Of a stretch of DNA of 64,000 nt, positions 36,715 through 49,960 are shown piece after piece (positions within the stretch are counted from its first letter, which is position 1; each line of letters starts with the position of its first letter). The translations under genes and the position numbers were made by a program. The stretch lies in the NCBI RefSeq assembly GCF_018977255.1, contig NW_024704743.1, positions 67,954,001 through 68,018,000 of the forward strand, read 5' to 3'. Source of the stretch: Callorhinchus milii. Its lineage: Eukaryota. The notes under the pieces are model-generated. The model was not told where the DNA came from. It did no database searches and saw only the letters and a program-made list of their open reading frames with translations.

Positions 36715-37068
36715 TAGGCTGACACTCAAATGCAATGCTGGAGAATGCTGCACTATTGGACGCGCCACCTTTCAGTTGAGATGCTAAACCAAGAGCTTGT
36801 CTGCCTGTTCAGGTGGGTGTTAAAAATTCCATGGCACTATTCAAAAGAGAAGGGAATTTCTCCCGGTCCCTGGACAACAATCTCCCGGTTAAAATTGGTT
36901 ATTCATTTCATCGATGTTTGTGGAGTATTGCTGTGCACAAATTGGCTGCCGCATTCACCCACAAAACCCACAGAGTCACTCCACTGCAGAAAATCCTGTG
37001 AAGATCTTTGAGACGTCCTTTGAAACAGCATTGTGAAAGGTGTTATACATCAAAAACACGGATTATTT
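36715..37068 (+). mobile_element. Older Deu-type SINE
   Basis: AGGCTGACACTC..TGCTGCACTATTGGACGCGCCACCTTTCAGTTGAGATGCTAAACC..CAAATTGGCTGCCGCATT. Confidence 0.85.
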
Positions 37069-37254
37069 TGTGTGCACCAGTTTCCCACTTTGTCACCTGA
37101 AGATAATTTTAAAATATAAAATTGAAATTAAATAGCTGTTCCACTAATTCAGGTTCAAAAAAACCTCTGACAAGACAAAATAGCCTCCAATACTTTGTTT
37201 TTGTGATAAATATCGCATTGAAAACATGATTACTTCCAATAGGTCATCATGACG

Positions 37255-37740
37255 CAATGGTTTAAGACAGTGGATGACGATCGATGATCTACAATTTAGT
37301 TAATTTTTAAAAAGCATTAGATAAAGTTCCACATGTGAGTCTTTTAAAGAATGTTATAGCTCATAAAGTATTCACAAATTAGATAGTCAAGATAGATATC
37401 ACAGCAATAAATGGAAAACAGTTGCATTGGGCAGGAGGAGGAATGATTTGTTGAATTCCATAGACAATGAGTCTAGGTGCCCTGCTGTCATTTGGGATCT
37501 CCCCCGAACCCGAAAATTGCTATATAAATGTGAATTTGTATTATATTGTTTACACTATTTGTAAAAGCAAAGGACGCCTTGTAATGTTTGCTGACAACAC
37601 CAAGCTACTTGAGCAGGTGAATAATAATAGGATAAGTAGCATTCAGGAAGATCTGGATCAATGAAGTAGATAGACAATGCCGAGGAAGACAGATTTAATG
37701 TGGAATTAATGGAAGGTTGATAATGAAACAGACTGTGAAA
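37255..37740 (+). mobile_element. Old CR1 RT-domain fragment
   Basis: AAAGCATTAGATAAAGTTCCACAT (KAxDKVPH) and MFADNTKL..IQEDLD. Confidence 0.7.
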
Positions 37741-39619
37741 ATCGATATATTAAAAAAAAGTTCTTTTCCATGTATTATGGATTGCAATTGCCTCTCCCTC
37801 CTGCCAAAGTATTCTGTATGCACCACATAACCATAGTATAGCAATGTAAAAAAAAAATTTTAGCTTTGAGTTTTTATTGTGAATAACATGAAACAAATTG
37901 CATTCAAGATTTGGAATATACCATTTAGTATTTACTGAATGACGACAACCATATATTAATCTGATCGGATGAACTTCAATGCTGTAGAAATGTTGGCAAT
38001 TCAAAGAAAACCATGGTTTTAATGAAAAAAAAGTGGTTTTGAATGTGATAAATTATGATTTTTCAAATTAAATATGATTATTTTTAATATGAAACCATCT
38101 TTAGTGTAAGTGATGTTGGTTTACCTCTGTACCCTAAGCTGTAGTCAAAGTGCATAAGAAACACTTACAATGCCTTCACCAATATACCCATGCTCATAAA
38201 GTGTAAGGTTAACCATAATCTATTTAGTTTCTGACTCCGGACTTGCAGCACTGGTAACATTCTCACCACATAACATTGAATGATTGAGCAAGGGAGAACT
38301 TCAAGAACTCTTGTGAGCTCAATACAACACTTACAAATACAATAACTTATCAAACCAAATTCAATCCTCAAACTAACCTGGGCTCCATCATTTTATTTCC
38401 CACCTACACAACTCTTAAAAAAATTCATGTTTTTCAGAAAACGTAAAGGTCACCGGATAAAAATTCTACCAATTACAATCAGTGCTCAAAAAGATTCATT
38501 TTGCTGTTTGATGTCTGTGAGGTTTATCCATAACTTCGGTAAAGAAAGTATTGAATCATTATTACACCAATGAAGTGTGGATGTTTTTTTAAAGAAGCAC
38601 AACTAAAATGAATGCTCATTTCCACACCCTACCCCCCGACCCATCTCACTAATAAAATCAACCTTGCTTTATTGTGAAATGTGAAAATTGCAGCCCAGTA
38701 ATAATGGCGTGCATTGCTATTGGAATGTGCAATTAGGACATCTGTGCTTCGACAGCTTCAATATATTCAGAGATTTAATTATAAATCTGTATTCAGGCAG
38801 TCAGAGAAAGTAAGAATCACTATCACTGTCATTTATCATTGTTCCATGTAGAATTTTGGGGGAAAAATATTTCTGTTCTTCCCAGTCACAGGATCAGGCT
38901 CAAACTCCCACCCGAGATGTGGATTTATTTCAAAATACAATAGGCATCAGAATTCTGTCCACTTGAAGGAGCCTCATGGCAGAATCCCAAAGATGGAGAT
39001 AACCTCCTTCTTCCACCATTAAAATGATTAACTGAACTGTTATTAATGATGTGTTATACGACCAAGCAACTACTGAACACGCTTTCAATGTGTTGCTTCA
39101 TTCATTCTGCTGGAAAATTCAAAGAGGAAGTTGGCAATAACTTGGTCAATAAAAATTGCAGAAATTAACATTGCCACCATAATTTTTTTATTTGCAATCA
39201 AATAAAACTGACACCGGAGCTTTAATTATAAAGTCTACACACTTCCATATACTAGGTGTACAGCTGTTACTGCCCTATAAGGTCATTTGGGATCTAACAG
39301 CAATGTGTGATCATAATAAGCAAACAAGATGCACAACAGAACTCAACAGAGCTGAGCAAACATCAGCCTGCTTCATATGCCTGGGATAGGGTGGTCTTAG
39401 CTGGGCAAGCAGCAGGAAGTCTGCTACACAGTGCTTGTAATGATAAGCTATGCAATTTTATCTGGTTAAGTTCCAGCAATAGAGCAACTCACACTCTGGA
39501 GTCACCAAGCCTTGTCTCTTTCCAACCTGTGCCTAACAAGACATTTCCTCCCAATATAAAAGGTCCGATACCAAATGCAAAAATTATTACGAATTATTAA
39601 TACTCTCCAGAATTACATA

Positions 39620-39780
39620 AGCAGGATATGTCCCTCTGGGGGAGGGGGAGTGGAGTATGCATTCCATTCCAAACATGTGAAATTCCATGTGAAGGTGGCA
39701 TAAGTGTGAAACTCAGTCTGGTTTGGATCCTCACAAGGATGATAATGGATTTCCGCATGTGTCAAGCACATGGCTGGAAA
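39620..39780 (-). repeat. Unclassified old dispersed repeat, family X (copy)
   Basis: AAGCAGGATATGTCCCTC..GCATTCCATTCCA..AAATTCCATGTGAAGGTG..CTCAGTCTGGTTTGGA..TTCCGCATGTGTCA. Confidence 0.75.
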
Positions 39781-40444
39781 AGATTTCAGGTGCAAATTGA
39801 TTACTGGACTCCTTTTCCTTAAAAATCGGAATTATTTTGTACAGTAGGTCAATATGAGTCTCTAATGGAGATGACAGTGCATTATTCCTAGAAAAATATT
39901 AATAGTTGTCATTATCAAGGCCATAACCTAACACATTAAGGACATTTAATGCAAAAAGGTTTCAAATGACAGGGTTTATTACATATCATGACTACTGACA
40001 CAATCATACATTCCCTAGTCAGCGATATGAAAATATGACCTTTATAACACACATGAACAAGATATTTTCTTAGGCATATTAGTTTGATTTTCTACCATGT
40101 TTTTAGGTGTTTACCCATTGCTGTGTAACATTCGCATTCACCCACAAACCCAGTCACTGCACTTTGCAGAATATCCAATTTAGCACTTTGGGATGTCCTA
40201 CTGAGGTGAAGGGCATGGTACCAAATGCAAGGATTATTATTATGATTCCTTGACCTCAATGATGACCACATTATTTACCTCAAGACTTTGTGCCACTTTC
40301 GTTGTGACTCCTAGAATGTGTCTCCTTAACAGCATGCTGGGAACTTATTATTCAGAATTGAGACATGAAGTTATGTCTCAGCATGTTAGCATTATGTTTT
40401 AGGATTACTCGAGGATGCAGATAATTGGAATTATGTTGCACTTA

Positions 40445-41007
40445 TGTTAGAATTTACAATTTTTGTATAATGTTAGAATCATAATAAATGTTGCGAATGG
40501 GTTAACATTTAAGTGTGGGGGGGCAACTGGACTAAAACTCATGAGTTTACACCCAAGATCACGTGCGTGTCTCAAGGACAAGATGTGTACTACTGGCCTG
40601 CACATACACAAGATAACGGACTGTCTCAAGGACAGTGTGTTTGTGTGTGTGAGGCACGTACACCCCATGAGATTTTCACGTGAACCCAGCATGATTTTGG
40701 CCAAGTGACCTAATGTCCGCACCATGATTGGATGGACACAAGCTTAAGACACCGTGCCAGATCAAGATCGGCACGCGCCCAGGACAGTACCTATCGTGGA
40801 TGGAAGACTGAGAGCTAGAAGGCAGAAGTAGACAACCACGATGAGGGATTACACGGTAGTATTGTTCTGTTAGTGAATCAATTGATTGTGCCTACTTGCC
40901 CACGCCCATCGGGAACTTGGACGGATCCTGGAGTTTAATAAACACCATGCTGGTTGCAAACAGTGGTTGTGTTTGATTGGAACTCGAAAAGTTCTTTTTC
41001 CTTAACA
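40445..41007 (+). mobile_element. Solo LTR, 563 bp, 4-bp TSD CTTA (Gypsy or ERV class I type)
   Basis: CTTA|TGTTAG...TTAACA|CTTA; terminal inverted TGTTA/TAACA; AATAAA at 40937-40942; more CpG than the flanks; internal repeat GTCTCAAGGACA twice. Confidence 0.85.
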
Positions 41008-42691
41008 CTTATCACACTACCCATCCTCCTACTACTTTCAGTTTAGGTGATGTCCTGCAATATGGATCTAGGCCCTTCACCCACGTTTTTTAATTATAAT
41101 AAAAACTTTGGAGTAATAATAATGACCCTTGCATTCTTCTAGTCTGGCTCATGTCCCCACCCTATCCTCTCCACATGGCAAGTGAGCTTTTAGCCATTCT
41201 CGTGCTTTCTGGAATCCATCCCAGCATTGCTTTGGAGTGTCTGGTTAGACTGTGTGAGTTCAAGTCCTGATGTGGGGCTTGAACCCACAACCTTCTGACC
41301 CAGACACAAGGAGCTTCTTTTATCTTTAATCTCTGAGCCAGGCTGACACACAATGGAGTGTCAATGGACCATATGATTTATTTAATAAAATGTTCTATTA
41401 TCTTAATCATAATTTCTATAATTTGGATAGAGAAATTCTGGAGTATATTTATACCCTTTCTTGAGCTTTGTCACAGGTTACGGCAAGAATAAAAAGTTAT
41501 TAAGCATCATCGCATAGTTCAACATTTCACAGAGTACATAAATGAAGATATCTAACAGTGCCATTAATGTGCGACAATATTACTGTACTTGATATAAAAA
41601 GACTGTACAGATGCAATGTTAGTCTTTGTGCAGAAATATATACTTTACACAAAAATGCAATAGTCAGGTTTTTGGAGTTAATGTACCTGTTTTGTTCATT
41701 GAAGGTAAAATACTGTGCATAAGTATTTTTTTAAAAAAAAACATAAAGCCAGAAGAGATTAAAGAATGGAAGAGTGCAATGACACTTTGCAAAAATTACC
41801 AAGAGCAACAACAAAACAAAGCAGTGGTCAAGTCAGGTTTTATTTTTATGTTGAGGAAATGTACGTCTGCAAGGCATTTATTTAAGGCAGAATACTTTTT
41901 GCATCAAGTAAGGTTAGGTCATAGGCTTTCTGGTTTCCTTCCCCTCCAGTTTCTAAATTTGAAAATCTGAATCCAAATTCTTATTTAGGATGAAGGGATT
42001 TACCACATACACACAGTATATCAGACCTTTGAGACATCCTCCCAACATGGAAGGCTCGTCTCAATCCAGGTTTTATTATGTTGTAAAGAGGAGCACAACG
42101 CAGGTTAACATTACAATTTGAGATGTTTGACATGAGAAGGTGCTAAACTAATTGAAAGATCAATCGATCTATATATAGTATAATAATAATCCTTGCATTT
42201 GATATACCGCCTTATCACATCTTCAAGATATCTCAAAGAGCTTCACAAAATATACTGTAAAGTGAATTGACTGTATATTTTGTGGGCAAAACATATATAT
42301 ATATATTGGGTGGACCATTTGCAAAAAAAAATACAGCCATTAAAATGGTTGTTTAGTTTACTTAGAACACATTTGCAAGAAAATGTCCAGATCAACATTA
42401 ATAAATGTGTCTAAGAAGAGAGCAGTGAAACTGGAAAAAAAACAGCAGCGTTGGTTGATAGCACATTGGTGTACGCTGGCGACATCCTTGCTGGGATATT
42501 AAAATATCCATCGTATGTGTGGATACAGCATAATCAAACATTCAATATCAGGCTGAAAAAGGAAGCATGTTTTGCCAACAATGGGCAGATGGCAGCAGGA
42601 TTTCAGTACTTCTGTCTGCACCTAAAAAAACGTGGTTTCTCATACCTTTGCTGTTTTAATTTATTTCCCCAGTCAGCACACTGGACATCTT

Positions 42692-43110
42692 AGGCTGGCT
42701 CAATTGATAGTACTCTTACCTCTGAGTCAGAAGGTTCTGGGTTCAATCCCAATGTTGGGCCTTTGAATTCACAGTTTAAGCTAACACTCAAGTGCAGTGC
42801 TGGGGGAAGAGCTGCATTGTTGACTGTGCAGGACTTTAGGTGAGACCTTAAACCAAGGTCGCATCTGCCTGTTTAGCTGGATGTTAAAAATCCCATGGCA
42901 GTATTTAAAAAGAGAAGAGATTTTTTCACAGTGTTCTTGCCAACAATCCCCCAGATAAAATAATTCATTCACTTTATAGCTGGTTGTGGGGCATTGCTGT
43001 GTGCAAATTGGCTGCCACATTCACCTACAAACACAGTCATTACACTTTAAAATAAGACATCTCAATGATGTAATAAGGCTCTATATCAAATCCAAGGATT
43101 ATCATTTATT
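42692..43110 (+). mobile_element. Near full-length older Deu SINE (SacSINE1/AmnSINE1-like)
   Basis: GGCTCAATTGATAGTACTCTTACCTCTGAGTCAGAAGGTTCTGGGTTCAATCCC..AAATCCCATGGCA..TTGCTGTGTGCAAATTGGCTGCC..GGATTAT. Confidence 0.9.
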
Positions 43111-45599
43111 ATTAATAAATGTCACGAGTTGGCATAGAGTAGGAATAAAAATCATTAAAGACACTTGTGGTGGAATATTAGATTCCTAAGTTCCCCTTGC
43201 AGTATTCAGCTTGGTGCAACAGAGGAAAATAATATGCCTGGAAGAATAAAATCATCATACCTAATAAATAGGCAGAAGGACCTTCTTCATCCCAACCTCT
43301 CTTGTGATATTTATTGTTGATGGGTAACTTACACAATCACTTCATCGAAATACAGATCTTTAAAATTTTTACTTCTAGCATAACCTGGATCTACCTAGAA
43401 AATGACAGGATATCAACAACTTGACACCTAATTGGGGAGATCCTCATGGGATGGAGTCTTACATGACATTTTATTGCAAGTACTGTTGATGTTAAACCAA
43501 TACCCAATGTACAGTGGTGTGAGCTGGCAGCACATTGTTATAATGCCAGATCCACTGCAATGCTCTGGGATAAGACAGACTATTGCATGCCCAGTGTTTC
43601 ACTAATTGGGGTCCAAATGCCTTTTAACATTTTAGTGTTTGTAAAGACCTGACAGAGCTGAACTACGAAGAGTTCAAAAGCTAAAAGCTGATCATGCAGC
43701 TATTGAGTTGCAATGTATTATTGTTAACTGATATGAATTGACAAAATAATATAGCTAACCTACATAATATCAGATTCTCAACCTTTGCATCATTATCTTG
43801 ATGTTAATGACTTTGAAGGCATTTAGCCAGAATTGGTTAGCATCAGCAACTGTTAAAAATGGCACCAGAATAGCTCATACGGTCTCTCCCAGCACTGCAT
43901 AGGAGTGTCAGCGTATAATAATCCTTGCATTTGATAAAGCACCTGATCATGTCTTCGATACGTCAAAAAGCGTTAATATACTGTAAAGTCAATTAACTGT
44001 ATATTTTATGGGCAAAACGTCCACTGATCTTAATGCCTCGACATGGAAATTAAACCCACAACTTTTTGACTTAGATGCAACAATGCTACAAAAACACACA
44101 CACATCAATGTATTTCAGTCAACTAAATCAAAATCAAGTTACGACGCACTTACTAATGATTTAACTGTACAGACAACCTCAGAAGGAGTCATTTTCTCTT
44201 TGGAGAATCACTATCACTCAATGGATTAATCATGTCAAGAGAAAGAACTGGCTACAGGAATATACCAACCTCAAATCCCAGGCTTAACTTTCAAATGATT
44301 TCTACAGAACCTCAGTGTTTGCCTGATACAAGTGTTCTGCGGCACTATGCTCCAGGGATAGGAACTGCAGGGATCTTTATTCCTCTAGGGGTTGCTATTA
44401 CATACATTTGTGGCACTGTGAATAAGATGGTTTTGGGACAAACCCTGTTGTTGTGTTGGAAATTAATAAAGTCATTCGATTATCTTCAAGGAGCCAAGAT
44501 ATGTGAATAGATGTTTCTAGAAAGGGTTGTGATTTTTTTGTAAAGGGGGACACACAGTGCCAAAATGATTAACCATCTGTCCTTTGTGAGCAATATTGAT
44601 CTTACTGTCTTTAACAATGCTAAAAGACTATCACCTTCTTGATGTTCAGTACTTCATGCTTATTTTTAAACAAGTCAATATACAACAGTAGCACATCAAG
44701 CGCTGTTGGAGTGATTAACACTGGCTGCTGCCCAATCTACATTATCCTTAAAATGCAAATTGTCCGTCTAAGGAGATGTTAAAATTACTCTCTAAAGTCC
44801 TGGTGCTGGTTCATATATTACTACTGAAGTGCACAATTCCGCCCAGTTTCATGGAGATATTAACCTTGGTTTCACAATCATTGCCGAGAAGCGGGATGTG
44901 TGCAACATTTCAATCAGAGGTAAATATTGCACTCTCTTTGCCTGTTGTACACTAATAGCTTTTATGTCTTCATACCGGGTGGCACAAAAATGATATATTA
45001 TACACTTGTAAAGACTGAAAGCAGCTCATTTCATGTATAGAACAACACAAAATGGACACATGTTTACAATCACTGAAAACAAATAGAGTTATACAGTTTT
45101 GTATTTCTAGCAATGAGATTAATGATACTCTGGGAGACATGCAGTGCATGAAATATATTTGCATCAAAGTATAGTAAACACATGATACAGGTGTTCAAGG
45201 ATATTTAGGAGCAGTAAAAGATGGACAAATTGCTATTTGACTCACCAATGTGTTGGTGGATAGCAGAGCACAATGTTGTGCTTTAACAAGAAAAATAAGA
45301 AGGAAATTAGTTCCAACAAATGAGTTTCTCAGTAATACAGAAAGGGAAAAGGGTACAACTGTTCCATTGATTGAAAGCTCCTTAATCCTTGGATGTTGAG
45401 AAGAATTACAGGTGTAACGGAATTATTCCCCACATTAATAATGTTTTTTTTTCCTGAAACAAGGATTGGTCTGAAAGGAACTTTAGTCTGTTTTATACAT
45501 TGACCAAGAAGGTTGCTGACTTTTCAAGATACAAGAAGCTATCGCTACAACTCACAATTCTTCCATGAAGTAAACATCACAAGAGCACAAGATTGGTTT

Positions 45600-45850
45600 G
45601 GATGAAGAAGGCTCTCCAGTCCATCTAATCTCATCCCTCCAGAATCACAGTGTCAAGCTGCTTGTTAAATGACTCCAGTGTCCTGTCCACAAGAACCCTT
45701 CCTAGCAATCTGTTCCAGTTCCTTAATTACCCTCCACGTATAGAAAAACAATCCTGGTGTCTGCCCTGAAACTGCCTTTTGCAACTCTAAACCTTTGTCC
45801 TCTTGTTTTACTGTCTTGGTGTTTGCTGAAGTATTTTTCACTATCAACCA
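45600..45850 (-). mobile_element. CR1 3' fragment
   Basis: Minus ORF contains LELQKAVSGQTPGLFFYTWRVIKE; similar to 9530-9845. Confidence 0.75.
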
Positions 45851-45884
45851 ATCTCACAACTCTATCTTAAAGAGATGGTTACAA

Positions 45885-46100
45885 AAATAATCTTTTACGC
45901 AAAGGGTGGTTGGAATGTGATAGTTCTCTACTGCAGAAAACATAAAGTCTTTAAAAATGGAATTCAATACTTGAAAATGGGGAATATTAGAGGGTATGGA
46001 GAGGAAGCAGGATTATAGGATCAATTTGAATGGATCATATCAAGAAAAACATCAGCACACACCTGATTGGCAAAATGGCCCACTTCTGTGGGGTCTATTT
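45885..46100 (+). mobile_element. CR1 3' fragment; its tail is interrupted by the palindrome at 46101
   Basis: TTTTACGCAAAGGGTGGTTGGAATGTG..GGGTATGGAGAGGAAGCAGG..AATGGCCCACTTCTGTG. Confidence 0.75.
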
Positions 46101-46323
46101 GGGACAAATTCTACCTGGGTCTAGATTTACTCTCATTTGCGTAGCATTTCATAGCATCCAAAATTTGGCAAATTCTGAATTACAGTCTTAATTTTTAAGC
46201 CAGTTTTCTGTCAATTATTTTGAGAACTATAGAAAACTGACTTCAAAGTTAAACCTGAATTCAGCAATTTACCAAAAATGTGATGTGAATAGAGTAAATC
46301 TAAACTCAGTTGGAATTTCTCCC
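46101..46323. mobile_element. 223-bp fold-back MITE with GGG...CCC termini
   Basis: Left GGGACAAATTCTACCTGGGTCTAGATTTACTCT matches the reverse complement of the right end, GGGAGAAATTCCAACTGAGTTTAGATTTACTCT. Inner arms (..CAGTTTTCT / AGAAAACTG..) also pair. Confidence 0.8.
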
Positions 46324-46596
46324 TATGATTTTCTGGCATGCTGCAGATGAAAACAATCTTGCATTAATCCTCGAGACAAACTGAAATACGGCCAGACAAC
46401 AGATGTTGATTTTGCATGTCTTTAATCCTGCAACAAGATACTTGTATGTCAGGGCAAGACAAACGTCATTTCACAAACCTGTACAAACTTAAGTATGCAT
46501 TTGGAATTACTCAGCAGTAAGTTAGGCTTGGGCAGTAGTACAGACACTTCTAGAGTTAGCCCTCTTTCCAATTGGTGGTTTCTTTCACACATGTAT

Positions 46597-46835
46597 CAGC
46601 CTGGCTCAATTGGGAGCACACGTGCCTGAGTCAGAAGGTTGTGGGTTCAAGGTCCCAGATAAAATTGGTTATTTACTTTGCGGATATTTGTGGGGTATTG
46701 CTGTGTGTTAATTGATTGCTGCGTTCAACTATAAAGTACACAATCACTACGCTTTACATTAAAATCCTGTGAAGTGTTTTGAGACATCGAATTGACGTGA
46801 TAAGGTACTATATTAAATGCAAGGATTATTATGAT
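46597..46835 (+). mobile_element. Internally deleted older Deu SINE
   Basis: CAGCCTGGCTCAATTGG..TGAGTCAGAAGGTTGTGGGTTCAAG joined directly to the 3' body and GGATTATT tail. Confidence 0.8.
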
Positions 46836-47304
46836 TTCCTAATCGCTCTCTTTCATATATAATTCAGAAAGTTTTTCCGTTGTATGAGACAGACGGCTAG
46901 CTAAAACACTGGATTTATATCCCGGGCATTCTGTCATCCCAGGAATTACCAGTGTCATGTTCACGAGATATCTGTAAAAATTAAATTCTGTCAGTTGTCC
47001 AAACTGTTGTAACATCAAAAGAAACAACGGGAGTTGAATGCATTATGGTTGACAAAGGGTATATGCATTACATTGAATTAACAGCAGTTTTAATAATCAG
47101 AATTGAAAACAGGTGCATCACTGCTAGGTTTGAACTGTGTGAACACATCATGGAGGAATTGCGGTGGTACAGAAAGCAACAGCATGTGTTTTACTGGATT
47201 CTGCCAATACAGTTTGCTCTCTGTGCTTTTGGAGACAAGATTAGAAGCAGGAGATTATTTTCTTCTGGAAGTGAAAAATACAAACGTTCCCCTTCACTCA
47301 GGTG

Positions 47305-47620
47305 TCAGCCTGCGTCAGCTGGTAGTACTCTCACCTCCGAATCAGAAGATTGTGGGTTTCAGCTCCAATTCGGAACTTTCAACTCACATCGAGTAGACTG
47401 ACACTGCAATGCAGTGCTGGGTGGGGATGCGTTGCATTATTGGAGGTGCTGGGATTCGGATGAGATTAAACTGAGGTCCCAGCTGCCTGTTTAGGTCGAC
47501 ATTAAAAATCTCACGGTACTATTTGAAAAGGGAGTTTTTCTCGATGTACTGGCCAACAATCCCCCAAATAAAATTGTAAAATTAGCCATGAAATTCATAA
47601 TTAATTGCTGTTTGAGGGGC
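47305..47620 (+). mobile_element. Older Deu SINE, 5' two-thirds
   Basis: TCAGCTGGTAGTACTCTCACCTCCGAATCAGAAGATTGTGGG..GGAGGTGC..CGGATGAGATTAAACTGAGG. Confidence 0.8.
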
Positions 47621-47817
47621 ATATCTTAAATCCACTGCCCTCCCCCATTTTTGACAGAAAAAAGGACTCCGAAAAACAAAACAAAAAAATTATTTTACAA
47701 ATAAAACCCAACCTTAATGATCCTTATATATTATAAAACACATATATTGCATTGTATAATATATAGCATGTAATTGAATGCAAAGGCCACAGATAATGAA
47801 TACACTAACAGCCCTCC

Positions 47818-48185
47818 TCCATACTCCATGACCCCATCACCCCCATCCTCGCCTGGCTCCACTGGCTCCCCATCCTTCAGAAGATAGATTTTAAAATCCT
47901 TTCCTCACCTTCAAGGTCCTCCATGGCCTTGCACCTTCTTACCTCTGTGACATACTAACCCCTTATCAACCTGTCCGCTCCCTCCACTCAGCAGGCTCCA
48001 GCCTACTTCACATCTCCTCCCCAGTCTGCCCCACCATCAGTAATCAGGCCTTCGGGTTCTCTGCCCCACTCTCTGGAATTCATCCCACATTCCCTTTCCC
48101 TCACTCCCTCCCTTACCTCCTTCAAGGCACGATTCTTTGACTATGCCCTCTACTTCTCCTCCAGCCGAGACTCCCTCCTAACCTC
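47818..48185 (+). mobile_element. L2 3' fragment
   Basis: CCATGACCCCATCACCCCCATCCTCGCCTGGCTCCACTGGCTCCCCATC..CTCTGGAATT. Confidence 0.9.
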
Positions 48186-48188
48186 TCT

Positions 48189-48810
48189 GGGGAGGGGGTG
48201 GGGCATGGCAAAGGGATTGAAGGAGAGAGTTCCAGAGTTTCACGTCGTAGTGGCTGAAGGCGATGGTGGAGCAGAGGTGAGGAAGGACAAACAGCAGGCC
48301 AGAGCCAGCCGAGCAGAGGCAGAGGGTGGGGGAGTGAGGGGATAATCAGGTAGAGAGGTGCGAGGGCATGAAGGGATTTGAAACAATTGAGAGGATCTTG
48401 AAATCAATCCATTTGGTGAATGGGAGCCAGTGGAGCCTGGCAAGGATTGGTGTGATGGGGTATGGAGTTTTGTGCAGGTGAGTATCTGGGCAATGGAGTT
48501 TTGAATTAGTTGAATTTTGTGTAGAGTGGAGCTGGGGAAACCAGCGAGGAGGGCTTTGGAACAGTCCAGCCGGGAAGTGTCAAAGGTATGGACGAGGGTT
48601 TCGGCCGCTTTGGTTGTGAGGTACAGACAGAGGTGGGCAATGTGATGGTGATGGAAAAAAGCGGTCCTGGTTATGGAATGGATGTGTAGTAGAAAGGAAA
48701 GCAGGGGATCGAACCTGATGCCTATGTTGAGCATGGGTTCACTGAGTCTGAGGGAGAGCCCAGGAAGGTTGAGGAGTTCAGACCTGCAGGAGGGAAAGGT
48801 TGATGGGAGC
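48189..48810 (-). mobile_element. L2 fragment, antisense, abutting the previous copy
   Basis: ORF 48240-48734 reads NIGIRFDPLLSF..AAETLVHTFDTSRLDCSKALLAGFP..KIQLIQNS. Confidence 0.9.
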
Positions 48811-49837
48811 CAAAATATTAACTAGCATATTCTATACTAAAGGGGGACACTGAATCCTATTACTTTTACCTTCTGAAGTTATCTAGTTACTTAACCCACA
48901 TGGCAAATTAATGTCTTGATCCTGGGAAAACTATGGATTGTATAATCTGACAGCACACATGAGGGATTGAAACAGAGATCTTGTGGGTCAGTGATATTCA
49001 CTTTCACATTAGTCAGTGGCCTCATTAACTGAGCCATGGGACACGCCATTGTTTGCCCTGGTTACAGATTTGTTCTATCTTCATGCCGGTACTTATAACA
49101 AGCCATGCATGGCACTGAGTGACAGCATGCAATCCCACTTACACTTAGAAAAGTGGGAATGCTGAACAGACCAAAGCATCAATCTGTTTAGTAACTTTGC
49201 AATACAGCTACTTTCATAGAACCTTAATTCTGTGCACCAGGTAGCTGTAACAAGCACAACAAATTAAATCGTTTGCAATTCTAATGGAGAAAAAGCCCAT
49301 GGTAAAGCTGTCAATCTCAATGGATTCAAAGAAGCCTGGATTTATAACCGTCCTAAACCAAGCTCCACACCAACCAAAGGAAAACAAGCAATTATATTTT
49401 ACTGCAATGTTATTTTTATACTTTGATTTATACACACAAGAGTCAAGATTGCTAAAAACTTACCAAACAATGCAAAGCTCATGTCAAAACATAGTCTATG
49501 TGGAACAAAGAAAAATAATGTTTTTTTTAAAACTTTACACAATTATATTTGTTCGCCGCGAAATACAATCAAATTTACATCCCTGCTTTCATGTTGGAAG
49601 ACGTTTCAAAATACTTAAAATATTTCTGTGAAGCACTTTGAGTTCTGCTGACTTCTGAGTATCCAGAATTCGTATCTAATATTTTTTAAAATATTCCTCA
49701 CTGTGCCTGCGTTCAGTGGCATATCGACTTTGACTCAGTTTGAATCCTGTGACCAGCAGATAGTTTATTCGCTAAATTCTGTTTGCAGGATTCAAAAAGT
49801 TCATGTGAGTTCATGTTTCATGTCGATGATCTTTCAA

Positions 49838-49960
49838 CAGAACAAACCTGAAACTTTAATTTGCTTTCCTCTCTCCATAGATGTTGCCTGACCAGAGTAT
49901 TCCCAGCGACTTCTGTTTTTATTTCGGATTTCCTGCATCTGCAGTATTTTGCCTTTTGTT
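49838..49960 (+). mobile_element. Penelope-like element terminal stub (family call from memory of shark repeats)
   Basis: CCTGAAAC..TCTCTCCATAGATGTTGCCTGACC..GAGTATTCCCAGC..TTCTGTTTTTATTTCGGATTTCCTGCATCTGCAGTATTTTG. Confidence 0.45.

Noticed and set aside
44008..44510. Adjacent ORFs in unique sequence (possible decayed gene or viral insert)
   Set aside because: No motif recognised, lengths are within chance range, and the first ORF begins in a SINE stub.
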